From contig OZ024741.1 of NCBI GenBank assembly GCA_964016885.1, positions 113,770,001-113,834,000 on the forward strand: DNA of 64,000 nt, read 5' to 3'. Position numbers and translations under genes: made by a program. Under the pieces are notes generated by a model, which saw only the letters and a list, made by a program, of their open reading frames with translations, was not told the origin of the DNA and searched no databases. Shown here in pieces: positions 53,116 through 64,000 of the stretch (positions are counted from its first letter, which is position 1; every line of letters begins with the position of its first letter). This DNA comes from Eledone cirrhosa (taxonomy: Eukaryota).

Positions 53116-53594
53116 TTCTCTATCTCTTTTTATATATGTATCTATCTCTGTCTCACTCTATATCTTTCTATGTATCTATCTCATTCTATCCCTCTCTGTC
53201 TCTTTCTATGCAGCTCTCACCATACTTCTCTCTCTCTCTCACCACCCTTCTCACTCTTTCTCGGCTGCTATTGATGTGAGAGAAGCAATGGTGGGAGGGG
53301 GACTTGGAAATTTTTCTAAATAAAATAGGAAAGTAAAATAAGGAGTAGATGAGTGGAAGATGAAAATGTATAAAACTATAAAGGCAATAAAATATTCAGG
53401 ATTTCTAATGTTAGCATTGAAATATCCAGTTATATAATTCTCACACAAACACACCTTTTTTTATTTGTTTGCTAATTTCAGTTTTTAGACAGTGGCCATG
53501 CTGGAGCATCACCTTAAAGAGATTTAGTCAAACACATAGACCACATAATTTTTTTCTTTCTTTCTTTCAAGTCTGAACAACAAACTTTCAGGAC

Positions 53595-53814
53595 TTAAAC
53601 CCTTTAACATTTAAACCGGCCATATTCGGCGAAAATTATTTCACCTCTTTCTGTTCAAACTGGCCATTCATACTGATGTTAAGCTATTGTTCTCAAAATA
53701 AATTATATCAATATCTCATAGATTCAATATTATGTGAGGTAATTATGTGAGGTATGTGACGTAAAGCGTTTACCACAAAAATACAATAGAGTAATGTAAA
53801 TGCTAAAGGGTTAA
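53595..53814. mobile_element. piggyBac-like MITE, uninterrupted copy
   Basis: ttaaaccctttaacattta...taaatgctaaagggttaa. Confidence 0.8.
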
Positions 53815-54234
53815 ACAAACAGTATGTACAAACATGGTTACACACATACAACCTTATGATCATAAGCCTAACACATTAGCCACTAGGCCATGTATGTACT
53901 TCCATGAGTATCACATTGATTTCTAATTAAGACAAAAGGCCAGAAAATTTGGGGGAAGGGCAAAGTTGATTTAATCAAACTCAGAACTTGACTGGTATTT
54001 TATTTTATTGACCCCAGGATGATGAAAAGCAAAGTTCACCTCAGTGAGATTCAAACTCAGAATTTAAAGAGCCAGTACAAATAGAGCATTGGCATTTATC
54101 AGATGCTCTACCAATTCTGCCAATCCACCACCTGTCATTACTACATTAATAATACTAATAATACTATTGTGAACACTCAAAATAATGTTGAGAGATTTGT
54201 TAATATTATTGATTTATTTCATTATTAGGATAGT

Positions 54235-54445
54235 ATGGCAGTTTCAGTAGAGTGTCGTACACTATGCTTCACGACATAGAGTTACGCCCCTTTACGTTCT
54301 GAATTCAAATCCTGCCGCAGTTAGCATTGCCTTTCGTCCTTAGAGAGTTGATAAAATAAAGCACCGGTAATACACTGGGGTCGATTTAATCGACTTTCCC
54401 CTCTCCCCAAATTACTGGCCTTGTGCCTATAGTAGAAATCATTAT
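54235..54445 (+). mobile_element. SINE family 1 with TSD cattattaggatagta
   Basis: 16-bp direct repeat on both sides. Confidence 0.88.
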
Positions 54446-54471
54446 TAGGATAGTAACTTAAATTTATATAT

Positions 54472-54816
54472 GGAGGCACATGGCTTAGTGGTTAGAGCAT
54501 TGGCCTTGCAATCGAAAGGTTGTGAGTTCAATTCTCAGACCAGGTGATGTGTTGTTTCCTTGAGCAAGACACTTTATTTCACATTGCTCCAGTTTTACTC
54601 AGTTGTAGAAATGAGATGATAGGGACTGGGGTCCCTATCATTCCACTGCAAAGTGGTTGTGGAGGTGCCATGGCAAAAAAAGCACCCAGCATTCACTGTA
54701 AATGAGGCTGGTGTTGGGAAGGGCATCCAGCTGTAGAAATCAAGCCAGAATCAGTTCCCGTCCCACCCTTGCAAGCAGGGAAAAGCAGACGTAAAATGAT
54801 GATGATGATGATGATG
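54472..54816 (+). mobile_element. tRNA-derived SINE family 2 (V-domain-like core, RTE-like 3' tail)
   Basis: A box tggcttagtggttag, B box gagttcaattctc, core tccttgagcaagacact, tail ctgtaaatg..ggtgttgggaagggcatccagctgtagaaa..gacgtaaaat(gat)n. Confidence 0.88.
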
Positions 54817-55759
54817 AACTATATGTTATGTTGAAAAATTTTAATTTCAATAAAAAATCTTTAAAATGGGTAGTTATGTTTTATAGGATCAGTGCCAGTT
54901 TTGGATGGGTTGATAACGAAAGGGATAATGATTGGGTAATTTCATTGAAGAACAGAAATATTCAACCACTTATAAACTAATTCAATGTGAAGGTAGTTCC
55001 ATTGATCTAACATCATCAAAACTGGAGGAAGATCTATTTCTTTCTTTTTAAATATTATATCACCATGAATTCCTAGTTTCTGACTAGCTCATCATTGTAA
55101 AAAATTGCAGAGCTGGAAGCCATTTTCTTTGATTATACTTTGAAATATCCAGAAACTTATCCCTTTTGAGATGGAAAATTAGCTGTTGCCTATGATCAAA
55201 TAATTTCTCAAATAATTATATTCTACACAATGTCTTTTCAATATTGAAAATAGATGTATATTCTTATCGTATATTATCTTCAATAGTAAAAATAAAAGAG
55301 AAAAAAAATGGATCGATTGTGAGGCTTCTATTTATCTTATCTTAGCCTTCTACTGTCCATAACAACTGATAATTTCCTATGGATATATATGTGATGCCCT
55401 GACCTCACAAAGTATTCGGGCCACACAAGCTTAAGGATATATTTTCATAATCCTTAATTATGGTCATCTAGCTTTGCCATTTTAACTGCTATCTGCATAT
55501 GTGACTTCAGGTGCTAGAAAATATGGTCAATTTCGTGCAAATGTGTCATTGCTGCTCTTGTAATCGACTTCTTCACTTTGCTGCTGTTATAATTGGAAAT
55601 GGCATTGAGTAACATTTTCTTCTAGCATGGAATAGTATTCTTCTGCTCTCCATATTGGTTTTATTTTATTTATTTATTTATCTATTCATTTATTATGGGG
55701 GCTGAGGGGAAACAGCTCTGTGATATACAGTAGTTCCTTTCCTTGATAGATTTTGGTAA

Positions 55760-55923
55760 TAATTGTTTCTACTTTTGGCACAAGGCCAGCAATTACCCAA
55801 GTGCATTACTGGTACTTTATTTTATCGACCCCGTAAGGATGAAAGGCAAAGTTAACTTTGGCGGGATTTGAACTCTGAATGGCAAGCGCATCCGACTCTC
55901 TACCGATACTGCCAATCCACCGG
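55760..55923 (-). mobile_element. SINE family 1 with TSD ggtaataat
   Basis: Head, core and tail present. Confidence 0.85.
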
Positions 55924-56264
55924 TAATAATAATATATAGTTGGGGGGGGGGGGGGCATCCGACTTATTCATGTTTCTTTATTTGGTACCTGCTGTTTAGA
56001 ACTATTTGAGCAAGGAATATTTCAGAAGTAGTTAACATCATCATCATCATCATCATATGACTTATTTTATTGTATTACCAATATTCACTTTTTTTTCTTG
56101 CCCTATGAACACAATGTAAGTATATGATGTGTGTATTTATATGTGTGTGTGTACATATATTTATACATGTGTGCATGTGAAAAGGATAAACAGAAATAGC
56201 AAAACAGACGACACAGTACATGGAAGAAATATATTAGTTTGACACTTGAAATAGCAGGAAAAGA

Positions 56265-56302
56265 GTCTTAACGTTTCGGACACTAGTCCTTCATCAGAAG
56301 AC
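56265..56302 (-). ncRNA. Minimal type I hammerhead ribozyme, intact core
   Basis: gtctt-CTGATGA-a-ggac tagt gtcc-GAAAC-GTT-aagac; palindromic AACGTT stem III of the kind seen in dimer-acting PLE hammerheads. Confidence 0.85.
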
Positions 56303-57154
56303 AGAGTTAGAAATAGAAGATAAATAGAAAGTAAAGAGTTATAAGAGGAAGAAACAGGGTAAAATGAAGAAAAAAAGAGTGACAAAAAAACATGGGTATT
56401 CAGTCAGCCATCTTAGAGAGGTTTAGGAAGGAAGGTAATCAATGTATATGTGGGGTGAACATGTGAGTATGCATGTGTGTGTTGGTGTGTGTGTGTATGT
56501 GTGTATGTGTGTGTGTGCATGAAGGTGTGTTTATAGGTTTTTAAAAAAAGCCTTCAACAGGCTGGATACTGTGAGAGCGTGGGTGTGTGAGTGAGCATGC
56601 ATGTGTGAACTAACCAATGTAAGGGAGTGTATATGAATGTATATGAATTTCTACATATATGTACATACACACACACACACATAGCAACAGCCAAGAGGGG
56701 CTGATGAGGTAGTGAATATAGTTGTGGCCTGTATATTTCATTACCTGGTATGGTCATAAGAGAAGCTGCTTAGCTTCAGTTACAATGATACAGTAGTTCA
56801 ACCATAATGGCTAAGCTACAAGGTGTGAAGTCATTACATGCATGGAGGATAGAGCCGGGCGGTGGTGGGGATGGAGTAAATGTAAGAAACATTCACCACC
56901 TACACTACAGCTGCAGCACTGAGTGCCACATGAACACAAACAAGTGTGCAAGAGAAACAAGCACACATGAACATGCACACAGGAATGTGTGTCAGTGGTA
57001 TGTGCAGGCAGGTGCACATACGTGTGTGACAGTCTATTTAACTCATGAAAGCATGGAAAATAGATCTAAAACAATGTATTTATTTTGCAAGATACTTGAT
57101 GTGAAATCGTTTTGAAACAGACATTGTTATACTTTGAGAGGTTCCTGTTCCTAA

Positions 57155-57330
57155 TACAGTGAGATTCTGTTATAACGAAATTAACAGGGTATAAAAAAAA
57201 TCTCTGAAATGAAAAATTCTTTACAAGATTGACTGAAACACATCAAGCGTGTGACAGGAGATTGAAAAAAATTTCATTATACTGAAAAATTTGTTATAAA
57301 GGTATTTGTTATAATGGAATTTTACCTGTA
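57155..57330. mobile_element. pogo/Tigger-like MITE
   Basis: ta-cagtgagattctgttataac...gttataatggaattttacctg-ta, with internal gttataa repeats. Confidence 0.65.
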
Positions 57331-57640
57331 CAAACTCATGCACCAGTTGAGTTTTACTTTGGTTTTTGTATTAGTCAGGTAACTTCTTTTTTTTTTTGGT
57401 CTATTTAGTAAATGAATGGTTTCTTAATTGTCAAAGATATTTTGTCACATTGTATTCTGTGGCTTTCACAATGACTATTTTGGCCCTCTGTGTGCCCCCC
57501 CCCCCCCTTAATTTCATTTTATTCTAATGATTCCATCTTGTCTTTCAGAAAATTTATTATGAACAATTTACTTAAATATCAAAATGTTTTCACATAACAC
57601 ATAACACATTTGATTTTGTTTTCATGTTTCTTTTCCTCAG

Positions 57641-57808
57641 CATAAATCCTGAAATCTTCTCAATAGTTTTGAAATGTGCCATTAAATCAGGGTCAACAGA
57701 AATATGGAAATACCTTTGGGATGTTTATTCAGAATCAACTAATCCACTTTTAAAGACAAAAATTTTATCAGTTCTTGGTGAAACACCCAACAGTGAAGAT
57801 TTAAGCAG
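57641..57808 (+). CDS. M1 aminopeptidase exon E
   Basis: ttttcctcag|...|gtgagt; 168 nt; (S)INPEIFSIVLKCAIKSGSTEIWKYLWDVYSESTNPLLKTKILSVLGETPNSEDLS(R). Confidence 0.9.
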
Positions 57809-59286
57809 GTGAGTATTTATCTTCTAATTTAGTCTTGATTTACAAGTAATATCATCTGAGACCAAGTATTGAAATTAAAGTAATTACTTAGCGAAAGAGT
57901 CATTATTGTTTAACATCCATTTTCCCTGCTAGCAAGGGTTGGATGGGTGTTTATAGATCAATTTAGTACTTGTTTGGGGCTACAGACCTCCCAGGCAAGC
58001 CAGAGGTCTGCCTCTTGTTTACGTACAGTCTCATGATGACAGGGATATGACAACCCTTTTTTGTGCTGGTGCTATGAGAAAATGCACTCAGCACAATCTG
58101 TAAAAAGGTTTTAGAGAGGGCATCCAGCTCTAGAAATCATGCCAAAATTAGAATGATTGTAAGCAAGATGTAACCCTCGTCCTGTCTGAGAGGACATTAA
58201 TGTACCAGAATGGAAAAGCAAGTGTGAAATGATGATGATTTCCAATGTTATTATTGTCAGTGTAGATTACTAGTAGCTTACTTATTCTAATAACTGTTCT
58301 TAACCTCACAATATACAAATTTCACCAACAGCTAATTGATCCTTGTAAATTTTAAAAGGACAAGGAAAAGAACCACCACAGAATTAATTCCATAATTCGA
58401 TATTCATTTGCCTTCTAAAACAAAACAAAAATAGATTGAAGCTTGTGTATCATATGTAACAATAGCATTTTGGTGAAGCAGTTAATAACATTTTTAATGC
58501 AAAGCAGAGTCAAATTATAATTGTCATTACAAGATGAATACTATTTTTTAAATTTTGAAAGCTTAATTTCCTTAATTTCCTGAGCACCATCTATTTTTTC
58601 TATCTGAAATGCTACAAAGTCAAGTAAAATCACACTTTGACAACATTTATTAAATTGACAAATTAATATGGAATCTGGAAGAAGGTTAGAAACTCCCTCT
58701 TCTTTTATATATCATCATCATTTAATATCCATATATCTTACTATATATACATTTACAGAGAAGGTGGAAAGAAACTCTCTATTTAAAATTGATAACTTTA
58801 TTAATTATTAGTCAATTTCCTTAAAACATGTTTTATTGAGTCAGTACAATGTTAAAATTTTACTTAAACAGAAGCGTTGTCCACCAGTGTTTGTAATCAT
58901 CTGGGTATATGATCAACAGAATTCATTAGGAACTCGGGCAGTATGTTGGTCAGTACATGACAAATGTATTCCACCAATTGAGTCAGAGTTTTTGATTCTG
59001 AGCAATAAACTTCTTCCTTCACCCACCCCCACAGGAAAAAAATGCATGCCGCTAAGTCAGACCTTCTTGCTGGCCATTCATATGGACCTCAATGATTCAG
59101 CCAATGTCTTGGAAATTGGACATCAAGCCGCTAATGGACAATGCAAGCAAAATGAAGAGGGGGCCCATCTTGTATGATTATGAGGTTATTGATTTTGTCC
59201 CAAGTGGTTAGAGTAGGCCAAAGTTATAAGAGTCAATAAATCATCACAACACCTCGATAAATTGTAAGAAGAATCCACATCATCCA

Positions 59287-59370
59287 TATCCTGATGAAGG
59301 AACTTTAATTCTTCCAATATTGGTTATTCCAAATGTTGTATCTTGAATTCCAGAAACCATGGTCGGAGTA
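59287..59370 (+). ncRNA. Hammerhead motif with long stem II and weak stem I
   Basis: tatc-CTGATGA-a-ggaa(c)tttaa[..]ttgaattcc-a-GAAAC-catg-GTC-ggag. Confidence 0.6.
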
Positions 59371-60742
59371 TTATATAAGTTAAAGCCAACTTTGTTTAGC
59401 TGATTTGGCTTATATCCCTGCAAAATGAGATTTTGGCTCAAGTTTAATATATTTTAATATTTCTCTGAGTGGATAATTTATAAATAAATCTTGTCCTTTC
59501 ATTGAGATGTCTACATATTAGAAACAACTTTATAGAGTTATAAATTAATATATATATATTTATATGTATATATATATATATAAAGACTGCTTGAAAGATA
59601 CACTGAAGAAGATCAACATCAATACCAAAATAAAGGAAAATCTTGCAAGAGACAGAGTCCAGTGGTGAAATCTGATTGCTACTGGCATTACAAAAATGAA
59701 AAGTGTTCCTGTAGAATAAATAAATGAAAATTGTGCTTTACTTTAAGTAATTTCTCTATTCAGTTTCTGCTGCCTAATGTTTCACAGCCTACTCTAGCAT
59801 TGGTCATAGTGACACTATCTATACTAGTGATGGTTAACTTTCAAGATGTATGTATATATAAGTAAACAAGAAAGACTTTGGTATAACAACTGCTTCAGTA
59901 AAAATTCTGCTCACAGTTTTTGTATTATGGAAATTTTTATACACAGATAACTAATTTTAGCTGGCTTCATATGTCATATCAATACAAAAGCTGTGAGAAG
60001 GTTTGTTACTTAAACTGTTATTATCTAATAAACAGACTTTACACGGAGGCCTTCATTCATCCTCATTCATCATCATTTTACATTTTGTGGGCTTTAGCAA
60101 TTTGAGATCAGCTCTCACTACTTTCATCCAGGTCTTCCTTGATCTTTCTTTATCATGGCTTCCTTTCTCTGGGATTATTTGACACTTTATCACCCGGGGA
60201 TTATCATCCATGCATATCACTACTAATGCAGTCGCCTCTCTTGCACTACTTCTGATTTTTCTCATACTCAATTTCTATCTCAGTTCATCCATGATTTCTC
60301 ATTCTTGCACATTAACATTGCACATCCATCAAAGTATGCTTGCCTCATTTCTGTCAGGCTTCAGTATATCCTCTGTGTTCACTTCTCATGTCTTACTACC
60401 ATGTAGCATGACACTCTGCACCCATGATTTACATTTATTATACTCTGCTATTGCATGTTCTAATTCACCAGATAAAATTGTATTCCTAGACGTAGCATAC
60501 TAATATATCATATATGAAAGATCCTTCATTACACAGTATTTTCATATCATCTTATAACTCAGGTGATCACATTGAATGGTGAATGTTTTCTGTGTCTGAA
60601 TTATTTATAATCTTCAAAACCTATATATATATATATATGTACGTCAATACTCATCCTTTTCCATTTTTTAGAGGGTTTTAAACCTCACTATCAGGCTAAA
60701 ATTTCTCTAGTAGTCAAAAATACGGTGAAAGGCTTCTATTTC

Positions 60743-60792
<50 letters not shown>

Positions 60793-60803
60793 CTGTGCGT
60801 ATG

Positions 60804-60849
<46 letters not shown>

Positions 60850-60852
<3 letters not shown>

Positions 60853-61385
60853 CATGATCTTCTGCGCAAGACAGATACAGGAAAAGAGCAGAGAACAGCA
60901 AAGACCATTTTATGTTATTTTTTATGATCTTGAAAAGGCATTTTATAGTGTACCTACAGATGCCATGTGGCAGATACTAGAAAGGTTTGGATCTCTGCCA
61001 ACAATGGTCTCCATTATCAGATAATTCCACAATGATATGGTGAGCAGGGTGGTGCACAACAACCAAACCACCAAAACCTTCCCAATCACATGTGGCTTAA
61101 AACAGGGATGTGTCTTCGTACCTACCCTTTTCTCCATCTATTAAGCAGCCATGATGTTTGAAATCTCACCTAACAGTCCTGGAGTAGATCTGCAATACTG
61201 ACTTGATGGGGGCCCCTTCAATACTGCCTGCTTTCGCTCTAGGAAAAATACCAGTCTTCATAGTGACTGCCCTTCAATTTGCCGATGATATGGCTACCTT
61301 GGTCAGCAGTGCAGAAGATATTAAAAGATCTGTGAGGAATTATACCAATGCATACCAGTGGTTTGGCCTCACAGTGAGTCACAAC
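60850..61385 (+). mobile_element. Degraded RTE (BovB-like) RT fragment
   Basis: DMIFCARQIQEKSREQ..FYDLEKAF, GLKQGCV.VPTLF, LQFADD. Confidence 0.85.
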
Positions 61386-61691
61386 AAGGGAGGCAACTGC
61401 TACAGACCCAGCCAACCTATGCAAGCATAGAAAAACAGATGATGGTGATATATATATGTATATATTCATCAAGAGGTACATACAAAGACAATGGAAGAGA
61501 TAATACAATATTTATTTTTCTATTGTAAATCTCTATTTCATTACGCACATATCATTGTGGCTCACTTCCTCTTCTTTTATACTAAAGACTTTAGAAAGTC
61601 AACTTTAAATCAGTATTTAGACAAATCTCTAAAAGATCGATAATTCCTTTTCTTTTTAACAAATTTGTGTCTCTTTTTCTTATCTATTTAG

Positions 61692-61832
61692 ATTGCTAGT
61701 CTACTCAATGGATAAAGACAAAATCCGAACTCAGGATCTGTATTTAGTTTATGGATCAGTATCATATTCTTTGGCAGGAAGATTACTGGCATGGCGGTTT
61801 ATAGAACTTCACTGGGATGAACTTTCTGAAAG
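61692..61832 (+). CDS. M1 aminopeptidase exon F (gene continues beyond both window ends)
   Basis: atttag|...|gtcagt; 141 nt; (R)LLVYSMDKDKIRTQDLYLVYGSVSYSLAGRLLAWRFIELHWDELSE(R), with the IRxQD and G..LAW.F....W motifs. Confidence 0.92.
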
Positions 61833-62240
61833 GTCAGTTGCTTTTTATTTTTTGGCATTCATATGACAAGAAGGAAAAAATGGAATGGTCTTGTGTCTGT
61901 ATTGGTGACGAGTGTTTCTGTTGATTGATCAACAGAACAATCTGCTCATGAAATTAACATGTAAGTGGTTAAGCATTCCACAGACAAGTGTGCCTTTTAA
62001 GCAATTCTTAGGGAGATTAAAAATGACACAGTAGGTAACAAGGCTGTCACTTTGAATTATAGGTACAATCTCTCTGACAGTTAGTAATATTTTGGTAATC
62101 ACTGAAGACAAGTACTGGTATAAAAAGAATGTTATTCTTCTTCTGATCTTGTTTTACATCAGTTTTTTTCCATAAATGTAATTGGTAGTAGCACTAAGAC
62201 AGCGTTTAAGCATAATAGAGGTGTTTTTGAAGACATATAT

Positions 62241-62535
62241 AAACATATATTATACGTATATATACAAAAATATATGGGTAGCCTTGCTGTCAAAGAAAAA
62301 TATTTTTTCGTAACAAAAAAATTTAATTTTTCTGTGTTTTTCCATGCTGTCAAAGAAAAATATTTTTTCATAACGAAAATGTTTTCTCTATTTTCCTCTG
62401 TGAATATATCACTCTATGATATATTTACAGAGGAAAATAGAGAAAATTAAAATTTTTTTCATTACAAAAAAAATATTTTTCTTTGACAGCGAGGTTACCC
62501 ATATGTATTTTGTATATAAACGTATAATATATGTT
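62241..62535. repeat. ~300-bp fold-back (MITE-like) element
   Basis: Outer ~90-bp inverted arms plus an inner hairpin ttttctctattttcctctgtgaatatatca..tgatatatttacagaggaaaatagagaaaa. Confidence 0.8.
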
Positions 62536-62542
62536 TTCATAT

Positions 62543-63712
62543 CAGACTCAGACTCAGAAGCTCCCGCGTCTTGTGACGCATGAGGCAATCATAGTGTTCC
62601 ACCGCGTTCGGTCAGCAGCCAGTTGCACAGCATCCCGCCATTGTCTGTTTGTCGCTCGCAGGTCCCTCTCAACTGTCTGGCGCCAGTTCATTTTGGGTCG
62701 CCCTCTCCGTCTGCTTCCCTGTGGGTTCCATTTAAGTACTTGGTTTGCCAGTTTCTCCGGGCGAAGTCTCAAAGCGTGCCCAAACCAGCCCAGGCGTCGC
62801 TTGCAGATGGCAGAAGAGACTAGCTGCTGGTTGGTGTGGTTCCTGACTTCCTGGTTTGTTACATGGTCACTCCATTTAATCCCCAGGATCTTTCGCAGAC
62901 ACCTGGAATCGAATGCGTCCAACTTCTTCTCTTGGCTGGTCTTAAGGTGCCATGTTTCACTTCCGTACAAGAGTGTGGACAGCACGTTGCTGTTGTAGAA
63001 TCTCATCTTTGTTTTGAGAGTGAACTTCCTGCTCTTCCAGATCTTGACAAGCTGGTTAAATGCTGCTGAAGCCTTTCCCATTCTACATTGCAATTCACTG
63101 TCCATGGCGCCCCCATTGTCAATGGAGCTTCCTAGGTAGGTGAAGTTGTCCACTATCTCCACCTCCCCCTGTTCAATGAAAGCACTAGTTGGTGATGGGT
63201 GTGTCCCAGATAACATGCTTTTGGTCTTCTTAGCACTGATATTGAGACCTAAGCTTCCTGCTTCGACATTGATATTGTTCATAATGATTTGCAGGTCAGC
63301 TGTGCTCTCTGCAAGTGCAACAATATCGTCCGCAAAGTCCAGGTCAGACAACTTTTGCTCTCCCACCCAAGATATACCCTGGTCTTTAGACGCTCTTCTT
63401 AGTACCCAGTCAATGGCTATGGCAAAGAGAATTGGAGAGAGCGAGCAACCCTGACGCACACCAGTAACCACCTCAAACCAGTCACTGTAACCATCCTCTG
63501 TCCGTATGCAGCACTTGGAGTTTGCGTAAATCTGTTTGATTGCCGAAATGACTTTCTGGGGCAAACGATACTCATGCATGATGTTCCAGAGTGACGGCCG
63601 GTGAATGCTATTGAATGCTTTGGAGAAATCGATGAAGCTGACGGCAAGGGGCCTCTGGAATTCGTTGTACCTCTCAATGATGCGGCGCAACGTAAAGATC
63701 TGCTCTGCTGTT
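62543..63712 (-). mobile_element. 5'-truncated RTE LINE of a different family, open RT C-terminal half, (CTGAGT)n tail
   Basis: FIDFSKAF, GVRQGCSLSP, DFADD, FTYLGS, LLYGSETW, WFGHALR, GRPKMNW; no PHD insert. Confidence 0.92.
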
Positions 63713-64000
63713 TTCATATACACCCCTATTATAAATGTAATTGTTGTGCTGTTACTCTGCACACGATTTCAGCATTCATGTTTCAACATACATTTACTGT
63801 CTCCTCTAAGAAGATATGCTCCTTCAATTACTCAATATTTTAAATATTTATTTTAATATAGTGAATGTACTAGTTGTGATGTCTAAGCTAAGATTTGAAA
63901 TCAATTCATCCCACTGAGAAATTACACCTCTATATTACAATCACTATGAAGTAGACAATTAATAAATTAAAACCAAAAATAATATTCATATTTTAATAAC

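Overview
AT-rich, repeat-dense eukaryotic DNA. The SINE/LINE repertoire and microsatellite load suggest a mollusc, most likely a cephalopod (inference). The only host gene is six small + strand exons (692 nt in total, 1672-61832) that splice in frame into the C-terminal ERAP1_C-type domain of an M1 aminopeptidase most resembling glutamyl aminopeptidase/aminopeptidase N. The introns (3.9-20.8 kb) are filled with mobile DNA. This includes a young Naiad-type Penelope-like element (PLE) with ~1.27 kb inverted pseudo-LTRs, a near-intact full-length RTE LINE with a PHD-type zinc finger inside its RT, truncated RTE and R4/Dong LINEs, two tRNA-derived SINE families, Helitron, piggyBac-like, mariner and hAT remnants, and microsatellites. 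The least expected signal is about nine type-I hammerhead ribozyme motifs in several small non-coding elements embedded in (TA)n. One element contains an exact circularly permuted ~530-nt monomer (retrozyme-like), and three otherwise dissimilar elements share an unusual long-stem-II hammerhead architecture. All structures were read by eye; boundaries of degraded repeats are approximate.
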